Shown piece after piece: positions 51,809 to 63,500 of a DNA stretch of 64,000 bases. This DNA comes from Fimbriosthenelais zetlandica. Lineage: Eukaryota. A program made the position numbers and the translations under genes. A model generated the notes under the pieces. That model did no database searches. It saw only the letters and a list, made by a program, of their open reading frames with translations, and was not told the DNA's origin. The stretch covers positions 21,080,001 to 21,144,000 of the forward strand of contig OZ365118.1 in NCBI GenBank assembly GCA_977030845.1, given 5' to 3'. Within the stretch, counting starts at the first letter, position 1. The number at the start of each line of letters is the position of its first letter.

Positions 51809-52556
51809 CTTTCAAGAAGGTCGATTTCTATGGTTGGCACCCAAAAAAGTGGTCTTAATAATACTATTTAATATGCACTAAACGGGTGGCCTTGTTACCC
51901 AGGGTCTGGTACATAGAGGAATATAGTGGAAAAGATTCGGGACAGGGAAACAGTAGTCTTATAAAGCAGGTGGTCTAGTTGGAGAGACCTGTAACATTGT
52001 AATAAATATTTATTTCCTTTTCCAAATGTTTTCAAAATATCCCATCACTTATTGAACTTTTTCCTTCTTTACAGCTACATCTTAAAATCGCAAGGAACAT
52101 CTGTGCTGCGTATGCCGCATGCCTGCTGACAAGAGACTGCAACCACCGTGCATTCCAACAACACCAACGTTCAATGACCACTATCGAAATGATTCATTTC
52201 ATTTCTAAAAGCTTTCAAAGGAACTTTGAAATAATTAATTATGGACAATAGACAATAATTAGAGGCTCGTAATATTGTGATCCACCGGCGAAATGAAGTG
52301 TTACAGAAACAGGAAGCGGAATTAAAGCAGACGACACATAGCTTATGGTGGTGCCAGAGGAAGTGAAGTTTCTAGAAACATTGTAGAGCCGTGATATTGT
52401 AGATCCATATGGGCATGTCATTCCTTATATGGAAGTACTCCCAGAGGGCGATTGTAAAATATCATAGAATGCACCATTGGTGTACAATGTTCAATTATTG
52501 TATAATACACAATTAGTGTACAATGTTATACAGGTAGCAATGTTGTTGTGATAATT

Positions 52557-53373
52557 CTGTTGTGAGGGTCTATGCCTGTGGGATCATGCTGTTGTGAGGG
52601 TCTATGCCTGTGGGATCATGCTGTTGTGAGGGTCTATGCCTGTAGAATGATACTGTTGTGAGGGTCTATGCCTGTAGAATGATACTGTTGTGAGGGTCTA
52701 TGCCTGGAGAATGATGCTGTTGTGAGGGTCTATGCCTGTAGAATGATACTGTTGTGAGGGTCTATGCCTGTAGAATGATGCTGTTGTGAGGGTCTGTGCC
52801 TGTGGAATGATGCTGTTGTGAGGGTCTATGCCTGTGAGATCATGCTGTTGTGAGGGTCTATGCCTGTGAGATCATGCTGTTGTGAGGGTCTATGCCTGTG
52901 GAATGATGCTGTTGTGAGGGTCTATGACTGTGAGATCATGCTGTTGTGAGGGTCTATGCCTGGAGAATGATGCTGTTGTGAGGGTCTATGCCTGTGGAAT
53001 GATGCTGTTGTGAGGGTCTATGCCTGTAGAATGATGCTGTTGTGAGGGTCTATGCCTGTGAGATCATGCTGTTGTGAGGGTCTATGCCTGTGAGATCATG
53101 CTGTTGTGAGGGTCTATGACTGAGGAATGATGCTGTTGTGAGGGTCTGTGCCTGTGGAATGATGCTGTTGTGAGGGTCTATGCCTGTGGAATGATGCTGT
53201 TGTGAGGGTCTATGCCTGTGGAATGATGCTGTTGTGAGGGTCTGTGCCTGTGGAATGATGCTGTTGTGAGGGTCTATGACTGTAGAATGATGCTGTTGTG
53301 AGGGTCTATGACTGTGGAATGATGCTGTTGTGAGGGTCTGTGCCTGTAGCATCATGCTGTTGTGAGGGTCTAT
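52557..53373. repeat. 32-bp minisatellite, about 26 copies
   Basis: Unit tgtgagggtctatgcctgtggaatgatgctgt with variant subtypes; period 32 from 52561 to 53361. Confidence 0.97.
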
Positions 53374-53775
53374 GATTTATATGGCCCATGTTGCAAAATA
53401 TATTAGGCTTAGGCCTAAGCTTTCAACAAGAATAAAATTTTGTTTACTTTGAATATTTTCGGCTTGCCATAAGTGGCTCGTCCTTCATGGTCCGTTCACG
53501 AAATTTTGATGCTGTTCTGAGGGTCTGGATTTAACGGCCGCCTCAGTGCTTAGGTTCAGTGCTTTCAATATTTCTATATCAATCTTAATTTAATGTTCTT
53601 TGCCTTTCCACACTGCCTTGTGAATTTCCTAATAGTTTTATTAACGAGAGGATTTATTTGAGATAATGTAATATTCTAAAACGGTGAAAATGACTGGTGA
53701 ACCCAAAGTATTAATAAAAAGAACATTTTGACATAAAAGTGACGTTTTCAATATGTGTCATACCAGTGGTAACGT

Positions 53776-53852
53776 GGTCTGAGACAAGGTCTGAGACAAG
53801 GTCTGAGACAAGGTCTGAGACAAGGTCTGAGACATGGTCTGAGCCAAGGTCT
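53776..53852. repeat. 12-bp tandem repeat, about 6.4 copies
   Basis: (ggtctgagacaa)n. Confidence 0.92.
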
Positions 53853-54014
53853 TAGGCCTTGTATTTTACTTTTCTTATTATTTAGATTTTAATTTTTAAT
53901 AAGTCGGCTTCAAACAGCTCAGACAACTCAGACAACTCAGACAGCTCAGACAGCTCAGACCAGGTCACTTGGCCAGTCTCAAGATAAAGCCCTCATTTCC
54001 CACTCTGTATATCA

Positions 54015-54082
54015 GCCATGTTCATAGCTCAGTGGTAACGTGCCTGCTTCTGGCACGAGAGTAGAGGGTTCGAACCCTGGTA
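54015..54082 (+). pseudogene. tRNA-derived sequence (SINE head or tRNA pseudogene)
   Basis: A-box TAGCTCAGTGG and B-box GGTTCGAACCC at tRNA-like spacing; T-arm aggg-ttcgaa-ccct. Acceptor and anticodon stems do not pair. Confidence 0.65.
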
Positions 54083-54416
54083 AAACGAGGTCTGGGCCAA
54101 CTTCTGGAGCGTTCACTACATCAAAATATTTTATTATATATATATTATTTCACATCTGATTGTCGGACGGGGTTTTGCTTCACGTCTGGGGTACAACAGA
54201 TGGGGTTGATTATTTTCATTGTTTAAATAAACAAGATTCGCCATAATATTATACATTATTTATTTCATGACACGAAAATAAACATGATTTCCAGTCTTCT
54301 TAGTATACACAAAGCATAGAGTACTGGGCCATGTTATGTTGGCCCCTCGTGTTTTGACATTTATGCAATGGAACAACACCAAGGATAGTCTGGCTTGATA
54401 CAGTAGCTTCAGAGTA

Positions 54417-54719
54417 GCTTACATTGATTGGTCCAATTGAGGCATCACGTGACCGCTCTCAGCCAATCAGAAGGCAGGACTGACGCCATTGTCTGAGTTG
54501 TCTGAATTGTCTGAGTTGTCTGAAGCCATTGTCTGTAGCAGTCTAGTTTTCTAGTTTTCTAGTTTTGGAAATAGATTCTAGTTTTGGAAATAGAAATGCA
54601 ATGGATTCAGACCATGGATTCAGACTGGCATCAGACAACTCAGACAATGACGTCAGTCCTGCCTTCTGATTGGCTGAGAGCGGTCACGTGATGCCTCAAT
54701 TGGACCAATCAATGTAAGC
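54417..54719. mobile_element. MITE, family B, 89-bp near-perfect TIRs, TA target-site duplication (Tc1/mariner-type signature)
   Basis: 54417-54505 is the reverse complement of 54631-54719 with one mismatch. The element is flanked by TA at 54415-16 and 54720-21. Confidence 0.88.
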
Positions 54720-55402
54720 TAGTCAAGTAGTTAGACCAAAACATAACAGCATTATATTTTCTTATATTTTATTACTGATTCATATAAAACCCTACTTTGG
54801 CATGAACAAAACATTGTCGGTAAATAAGACATACATTTTCTGCACCAATGTCAATGATAAATTAATATGATTAATTGGATGTTATGAAAAAATAAAGCAG
54901 CATTTCTGACTTAGTTATCTCCTCCATAAATCATCATAAATTAACATCAGTATTCGCGTGTAAAGAAACAAGTGACACATTCATCAAGTGAAATATTACC
55001 TTAGTATCTTTTCTCTTAACTTAATTTTAAGTAAAAACGGGGATATACTATCACCACGATAGAATCTGCAAGGGGACCAAGTATATATAAGTTGAATATT
55101 GTACAGAGAACTTCTTGCAAATTGGATACATAATTTATATCCTTTTGTACACTTATCGAGTAAGTCCCTTAGGCCAAGTATTTTTATATATAACACTATA
55201 CAACATACAAAATCTAACCTCCATCGATCAACATTGAGCACTGGTACGTACTTGCGCATAAGACTGAACAATTAATATTTTATCATCTCCCTCAGAGGCA
55301 AGTACAGGTTATGTGAGAGAGGATGTGAGAGAGATATGTGACCTGTAACATTATAGGGGTAACAATTTACATTCGATAATCAAGGAACGTCAACCACCCA
55401 TT

Positions 55403-55864
55403 TCATGCATATATAATTAAAGACTATTGTATCGTTTAGTTTCCATGGTGATAAGGGCAAAAAGGAATATTCACATTATAACAGATAAACAGAGTGGAAG
55501 TATATGTAAAGGAGCGGGGCTAAGGAGCGCATGTGAGGCTAAGGAGCGCAGGCAGGGCTAGGAAATGTCAGCAAAGCATGGCTTAATGCAGGCAGATCAG
55601 AGCAGCGCAAGCGGGCCATAGCAGCGCAAGCAAGCCATAGCAGCGCAAGGTATTTCTAAACTTGACCTGACCAGAGAGAGGAAGGGTGCAGAGAGGAGGA
55701 TGTGAATGTTGCATTTCACCCTCATCACCATGGAAACTATCCAATACAATTGTCTTTAATTATATATGCATGAGATAGGTAGTTGACATACATTGAAAAT
55801 TGAATGTAAAAATTGCTGAAATACCAAATACTTTAGTCGCTATGGAAACTGAAAATATGTCTTG
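55403..55864. mobile_element. MITE family A, second copy, inverted relative to the first and truncated at both ends
   Basis: Reverse complement of about 51195-51650 with high identity (e.g. ggagcggggctaaggagcgc vs gcgctccttagccccgctcc). Confidence 0.88.
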
Positions 55865-56136
55865 TCTATAAGCATCATACCAGCTTACACTGAGTGATTA
55901 GGTGCATGACTAAGTCTTAGTTATAGATACAGCTATAACATATATCATTCCTCCAGTGTCTCACGAACCCAACACGGCCATAAAACCACAGAAGTATGAC
56001 ATGGGTAAAAATCATCAATTAAACTTTAAAGCTGCCTATTTGCTACGTCATGTCTACGAGACTCGTAAAGGTAGACGTGTGTCCCTAAAGAACAACTGAT
56101 GGTGGCAGCTATTATCCCGACAACACTGAGGACCAA

Positions 56137-56968
56137 ATAGCCTACAATCTACACTGACACAACATAGCCTACAATCTACACTGACACAACATAGCCTACA
56201 ATCTACACTGACACAACATAGCCTACAATCTACACTGACACAACATAGCCTACAATCTACACTGACACAACATAGCCTACAATCTACACTGACACAACAT
56301 AGCCTACAATCTACACTGACACAACATAGCCTACAATCTACACTGACACAACATAGCCTACAATCTACACTGACACAACATAGCCTACAATCTACACTGA
56401 CACAACATAGCCTACAATCTACACTGACACAACATAGCCTACAATCTACACTGACACAATATAGCCTACAATCTACACTGACACAATATAGCCTACAATC
56501 TACACTGACACAATATAGCCTACAATCTACACTGACACAATATAGCCTACAATCTACACTGACACAATATAGCCTACAATCTACACTGACACAACATAGC
56601 CTACAATCTACACTGACACAACATAGCCTACAATCTACACTGACACAATATAGCCTACAATCTACACTGACACAATATAGCCTACAATCTACACTGACAC
56701 AACATAGCCTACAATCTACACTGACACAATATAGCCTACAATCTACACTGACACAACATAGCCTACAATCTACACTGACACAACATAGCCTACAATCTAC
56801 ACTGACACAACATAGCCTACAATCTACACTGACACAACATAGCCTACAATCTACACTGACACAACATAGCCTACAATTTACACTGACACAACATAGCCTA
56901 CAATCTACACTGACACAATATAGCCTACAATCTACACTGACACAATATAGCCTACAATCTACACTGAC
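56137..56968. repeat. 27-bp minisatellite, about 31 copies
   Basis: Unit atagcctacaatctacactgacacaa(c/t); almost invariant apart from one C/T site. Confidence 0.98.
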
Positions 56969-57276
56969 GTACTGACCAGGTTAAATGACCACATCCTTCA
57001 TTAGATTGTAATTATAAGGGTTTTAAGTGGAAATGTAATGAACACATGTTTGGATTTGAGTTAGGATAAGATTGAAGGTTGAATTAAAACTGGAATTAGG
57101 GGAAACAATAGGAGTCCTAAATGTATCGGACGCGTTTGGAGGTAGAACACCGATTCTATTTTGACCTTATTGCATTTTACCAACCAATTCTGCACTTGAT
57201 TCTATAATAACAATGAAACAGTGAACTTCGTGCATTCATGCTTCCATTTACCTTCCACAAATCGACCTTGTTTAAA

Positions 57277-57315
57277 ATATAAGTCACCCTGATCACCTGA
57301 TCACCTGGTTACCAT
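57277..57315. mobile_element. MITE family A terminal fragment
   Basis: tataagtcaccctgatcacctgatcacctggttaccat matches the family A terminus, with a small internal duplication. Confidence 0.7.
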
Positions 57316-57504
57316 ACGCAGCACAGATATCATATAATTATAGATTAATGAAAAAGACATTTCAACATCTCAGCTCCATAGAAAATCAAATTATACTGAA
57401 CCTAAGCGTCATCTTAATCAACTTAAGATAAAAGGAACATGATAGAGCCAAAAAGAAGGAACCTTATAATGCAAAAATAATGAGTGGAAAGTCCTACACT
57501 TATT

Positions 57505-60500
57505 TCACAACAATTTGTTTACAACCACGGGACACTCATCTTGAGACCTTCTTTCGTTTCTTCCACCACCATTTTCATCTTTAACAGGACCCACAGGTTT
57601 CCAAGATGGCGCCTCAGTCTCTAATGTCGCCAGCCTCTTCTCTATATAAGTCATTTCTCTTTTCTCTTCTTCTACATTCATCGCTGATTTAATATCTCTT
57701 AACTCAGAATTGTCTATTTCCACATCATCTTTCACTTGTTCATTCTCCTCTTGCTCGATTAGGATCTCTTCTTTCTCTTCAGTCCGTGTACTTTCCAGTA
57801 CTGCTTCCTCTTGGTTCTCCTCTTCTTCCACGTTCTCTTCTTGTATTGGGTTTATGTCAATGTTCAATGTTTTGTTCTCACTTCTTCTCTTCACATTTAG
57901 AGCACCTGTTCTCTCTTCCCCCTCTGCCGTTTCCCTCTCCCCGCTCAGCTGCTTCTTCCTCTCTGCGCGCCGCCCCTTGGCAGTTCCTGACACCAATTTC
58001 CAACATGTTCTAAAGTCTGTAGCTTCCACGTTGTCTGTTCCTTTAGTTTGAAAGAAAAATAAAATAAAATTTACAACCTAAATGACAATGTTGATCAGTA
58101 AAATATTATATAAAAGATTCTTGACAAATGACACCGTGACTTAACAATGTCACGTACACAAACTATAATGTAAAAAAATGAGGTCAATTGCAGTAATGAT
58201 ATTTACTGTTTTACTGATATTTACTATTTTTCAGATGTGTCAGTTCAACTAAGATTTAGAAAAATAAAATGGTGGTATCAATATATCTACTGTGATTACT
58301 TATAAAATTGAAAACGACCCGGTTATATGGAATACAGCATTTGTTAATTAAAGCTAAATTAAGCCATTAAGCTTTACATCTACTTCGACTGAAATATCGT
58401 CTGTACCTGTTTCAAGAGTTTCTCCTGAATAGAAAAGTTTAAATAAGTAAGGAACAAATTTGAAGTAAAAATAATATGTTCGTCTTGCAATACAAGTTAC
58501 CAGAGAAACCGACATGAGTCTGAAGAGTCGAGTCAGTGTCAATATACTTTCATTTATTTAGGAGGTATTTTGGGGAGTCCTTGTATTGATTTTCCTTCAA
58601 CTAATCATCTTGAAATTAACTAAAATTATTGCTGGAACATCACTATGTGAATGGCATAATGAAAACTCGTATATCTACCCCCTGATATAGCTACCCCCTG
58701 ATATACATACAATGCCCTTATTGGTCACTGAGACACGTTTGGCACTGAGATAAGAAATACAAGTTTTAGAGAGCAGAGAGGTGAAGAGACCCACCTTTGA
58801 GCTTGATGGCCTCCTCTCCGTCCACTATAGGGTTCAGCCATGTCGACCTCCGGTTGCTGACCACGCCTGAGCCGCGGGGAGGATAGAGCTGGAAGGTAAC
58901 CTCCATCATCTCAGGTTTACTAAAACCACGATTACCCTTCACAGCTTGACCTGAAAATGACAACAAGCTCAATGAGTCAATCCTTTAAAGCTGCAATGGT
59001 GTGCTAAATGGGTATAAGATATAATATTATTATTAAATATAATATATTATATTAAAAATATTCTATTTTCCAAAATCCCTTCATAAGGGATTAAGGCGAC
59101 AATTAGGGGTCATAGGGAACATACCGATAGATACTTATTTATAAAGGAATTCTATGAAGAATATTCAGGATTTAGCTTTTAAAGAGACTTGGTTGGCCCT
59201 TCTGGAACAAGTTAGTGAAAATATGTCTACTGTATTTTTATACAATATCACACTAAACCTAAAATAAATTCATACATTCTACGATATGATGTACCGGTAT
59301 GTACAAATAGTAAAATAAATGTTTTAAATAAGATTTTCCGCCTCTACAAACACTAAACAAATAAGGAAATAAATAATCAGAAAATGATAGAAATGACAAT
59401 TTAGAATTGGTGCCGAGAATGTAATAATTGAACTAAACTTGTGGGTTAAGAGAATATAATACATCGCAGTTTTATAAGATTTTTACCCCCATCAGAATTG
59501 TAACGTCCATCTGAAAAACGCGTCATAACCACAACTACAGGTGACATGTTAAATATAAGCTCGTTCAGAGAGCTTTGACAAAACATTTTCTTCAAATTTC
59601 AGGTACCACATATTTCAAATTCTTTTAATCAAGATCTTTTAATGGCAAATATATTAAATAAATAACTGAAGTGAAGACATACCTCTGAAGACATTGGCCA
59701 CTGATTCATCTATCTCAGTTTTTCCAGGGTAGAGATCACAGTCCTTGAAGTAGTCGGCTACTTCCTCCGCTTCCATCTCCCCACCAAACGCACGCTTATC
59801 AAAAACACTCTCATATCCTGAAATAAAGTCAAAACTACTATCAATTAAATACATGGATTAGTCATTTCCTCAGGATAGTAGGGAGGTATATGAAAGTGGA
59901 GGTGGAACGGGTGGCAATTTAAACTCAGTTTCCCAAATAATTTGTATAGGGCGCAAATAAATCTTTTAGTACAAAGGAGGGTATGGACCGCGCTCCTTTC
60001 CAAGAAATATGGCATATATATCCGAAATTTCTTGCAATATAAAATGCATATTATGTTATTTCAAATTTTACAAATAACCCAAAAGTGTTGAGAATTTTTT
60101 CCCCTAGTTGAGTACAAGAAACTCACGTTTTCTCACGTCCATGTATTCATTGATGTCCTTGAAGTCAAAGGGTGACTTTGGTTTGTCAATGCCAGCCCGC
60201 AGTTGTATACGTCGTAACAACTCCTTATAGCTGTCTATAAACTTAGCCCAGGTGCTGGCGTGGTAACGTGCCTGCAACAACAAACATCCATTAATTAACT
60301 CACAGAAGAGACTGTACATGAACCCAAAATGAACCTACTGGGCTAATTTCCTACGAATTCAAATTTGGAAAAATATTGGGACTAAATTGAGACGGGTTGA
60401 GGAGACAGAAACGACCTTTCAAAACGTTCCTTTTATATTCTACTCAAAAAAAAGGACATTTGGAAAAGGCAATTGTTTAGGATGGAAGACAAATGAAAAA

Positions 60501-63500
60501 AAGAATATATGTGGATTAGACTTTAGTTGCTTGCTGTACCTTTCTCATGAGTTTCTCCATCTTCAGTCTAATGAGCCAGCCTCGCACCGTTTTGGAGATG
60601 ATGGTGGCAGCCTGGTTCAGTAAGGCTCGGTCAGGACCAGTTTTCTTCGGATGGAATGGACTGAAATGGTATAAAAAATAAATAACATTTATACTGTATA
60701 TAAATGTCCATAAAATATAGGAGTAGGGATAAATTACTGCCGAGATGTTAAATTTATGAATATTTATATCTTTATCATTCAAACATGAATCATTAACTTC
60801 TACCTTCACTTTGATCATATAACATTTAATCATAAGAAAAGAACACTATTATAAACATTTTATACTTACACGTATATGTCTACATGGGGGCCAATGATAG
60901 CTAATTTAGCATCAGCTTCTGCTTTTTTACGGACATTTCTGTCAAAAAATAAATCAACAAAACCACTCATGAACCAAAGAAAAGGGGTGTCTTGCTGGGG
61001 CAGGATTGCAGTGCAATACAAAGGAAATCAGAAGGTAAAATGGGTGTAACTAAGTATAAATTTGCGGGGTCCAAAATGTATTATTGTGTTTTCTACATCT
61101 ATAAAAGTGACAGGAGCTATTTCAGGAAATAATTCTTGTAAACATTTATCTAATAGGAAGGCAATGTACCTGGCAGTGACCTGGTGGGCCTTGGCTTGCC
61201 GTTGTCTCTCCCTCTCTTTCAGTAATACTTTGTATTTCTTCGCCCATTCTAAGGTCACTGGGCGAGGTTTCCGTCGATGAATGGCTCTCTTCCGGGACAA
61301 ATGCCCCCTCATATGTCTGAAAAAAATGTTTAAAAAGGTTATCATAAAACATCTACTAGGGACACCAAAAGTGTCATTTTTTCTTAATGTGTGCCCAGTG
61401 TGTAAAATTCATTTTTCAGGGAAAATACCTTTGAATCTCAATGGCAGCTTTCTGTGCGTCTTCTCTTTTCTTCCGTTCATCGCTTAGTAGATATTTATAA
61501 TGATTCCTAACCACATATCCCCTGAAAATCCTGGAAATACAAACAATGGCACACGGTTAGCATACTGTCTCATGCATTAGAAACGCATCCAGCTGTGTCA
61601 AAACAAATGGAAATGTTACCATTCAATGGGAAGCAAAATTCTTTGAAACTGAATAAATATTTTGGATTATTTCTAACTCGCCTGGGGAGTTTATAACCCA
61701 CCTTTGAATATCTACGGCAGCCTGGACTTGTCTTTGTCTCTCCACTGCAACAGCCACTTCCACCTTAAATGAGAAAGAAATTATTTAAAATACCGCAAAA
61801 TTAAACTATAAAATCTTTTAACCCACGAATGATAATCAACTAATACTAATGTCCCAGGTATAAAGATGCATATTTTGAGATAACTGACCGGGTCGGCAGC
61901 CAGTTGGTACTGGGGGATGGGTCGACCCATGTCCAGCAGCCGTTGACCAGTGAAGGGACCTCCACTAGCGGTCATCTCATTGCTGGTCTGCTGTTCCTGG
62001 AGGCAGGCGGCACACGTGGTGTCAGTACTGGAGAGACAAAGACAAATCTTTATTTAAATTGCAGAGGCAGAGTCATATTGCGATGATATGCTCGAAAGAC
62101 TACAATGGTACATACAAACTCAAGGCATTAAGAGAGATGGCTGGCCTTTGATATTCCAGTTAGCAGCAGCTAGTAATAAACTAATGACTTTTTCGGAAAT
62201 GATTTCAATAGGATTTTAACAGTATAGTAGAGCATACCATTGGTGGTCTTTGCGGGTTTCTGCCTCTTTTCGCCTCCTGTCTTGTGCTGATTTTGTCGAC
62301 CTGTCACATGAGATGGTGAACTCCGTGCCATCCTCGTGCTTCATTCTGAACACCTTTAGAGGTTCTATTAGACCTCTCTCAGCTTCACTCATATCAGGTG
62401 GAGCGACCCTCGCTACAGTCTCCACTGAATCTGGTTCAGACCGCCTCAAATCTGTTACTGAAAATAAAGAGCATATTATTAATTACACATCAAGTCAGGA
62501 AATATCCAGATGGAATTTAAAAGAAGGAAGTGATAAGAAAGGTGATAAGGAATGGGCCTTTAAGTAAAGCCAAATATCAAGAACAGAAATATGAATATTT
62601 AATCAACTTAACACTAATTCACAATTTAAAAATCGAGATTCTTACGTATGATATAGTGGGATCCATTGGCTACGGGGGAAAAGGAAAGCAAAGATAAATA
62701 AATAAGCCAATCAGAAAACAAATATTTTAACAAAGAAGCATTATAATCTGTTAGGATGCGTGGCACTCAAGGCAAAAATCTAGTACATGGAATAATGAAT
62801 ATTGGGTTAACTATTCTATCTATTGCTAGGAACAAAGCAAGAATCAATCTCAATGAATCAAGGTATTTCAAAGGATTTGCTACAGAAGCATGTTCACTAT
62901 CAAAATCAAAGAAGAGAAAATACAATTTACCTTTTTCCATATACTGTTTTGCGCTTGGCATTTTTCTTGACTGCGCTTCTGCTTCCGGCATATAAGGACT
63001 GGTAGTGTTTGGAATAGCCGTTTGGGGGCGTGGCGTTCTTGTACCAAACTGCCCCCATGGTGTGGGTATAGAAGGAGGCGTTCTGTAAGGCTCAACCGGC
63101 GAGTTCTTCAACATCTCTGCCTGCCTCTGTAGAACCTTCAGCGGGTTAGCACTCTTAGCTCGGGTCGGGGAAGCCCCAGCAGATCGCAAACTGGCAGACT
63201 TGGGTTTCTTGCCCGACCCTTCCTTCACTTTCCGCAGGGCTTTTGTTCTCGCCCCTCTCCCTTCAATAGTTAACTCATCCATATCTGGCTGATTCACTTT
63301 ACTAATAGACTCATCTTCTGATTTATGGGAGGATTGAGGTTTTTGTTCTTGTCTTGGGAAGGAATGATGGAAGACTCTTTGTTTGTAAGACTTGGCTAGT
63401 TTGGCACTAGCTGGTGTCGCGGTTGTAGATCGGTCGATGCCCTTGAGGAAAAAGTTCACGTCTAAGTTCATAATTTTAGCATCGTCTTGATTGAGACCAA

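Larger units (their letters stand above)
48781..52251 (+). other. Candidate unannotated spliced transcript (small protein or lncRNA) with a duplicated internal exon
   Basis: Donor AAG|gtaaga at 48892; exon 49741-49875 (ttttgcag|...ATG|gtgagc); paralogous exon of about 50240-50389 (ATG|gtgagc); acceptor tttctag| at 50616; acceptor ttccttctttacag| at 52075. Each block is stop-free in phase 0. No homology was recognised. Confidence 0.35.

Noticed and set aside
53050-53355. 101-aa minus-strand ORF in the 32-bp minisatellite
   Set aside because: The unit length is not a multiple of 3; it is an artefact of repeat composition.
52557-56968. Minisatellites as possible CRISPR arrays
   Set aside because: Head-to-tail units with no unique spacers, no cas genes and a eukaryotic context.
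54032-60275. 16-bp identity gtggtaacgtgcctgc between the tRNA-like head and an IQCM exon boundary
   Set aside because: About one 16-mer match is expected by chance in a 64-kb self-comparison; it does not extend.
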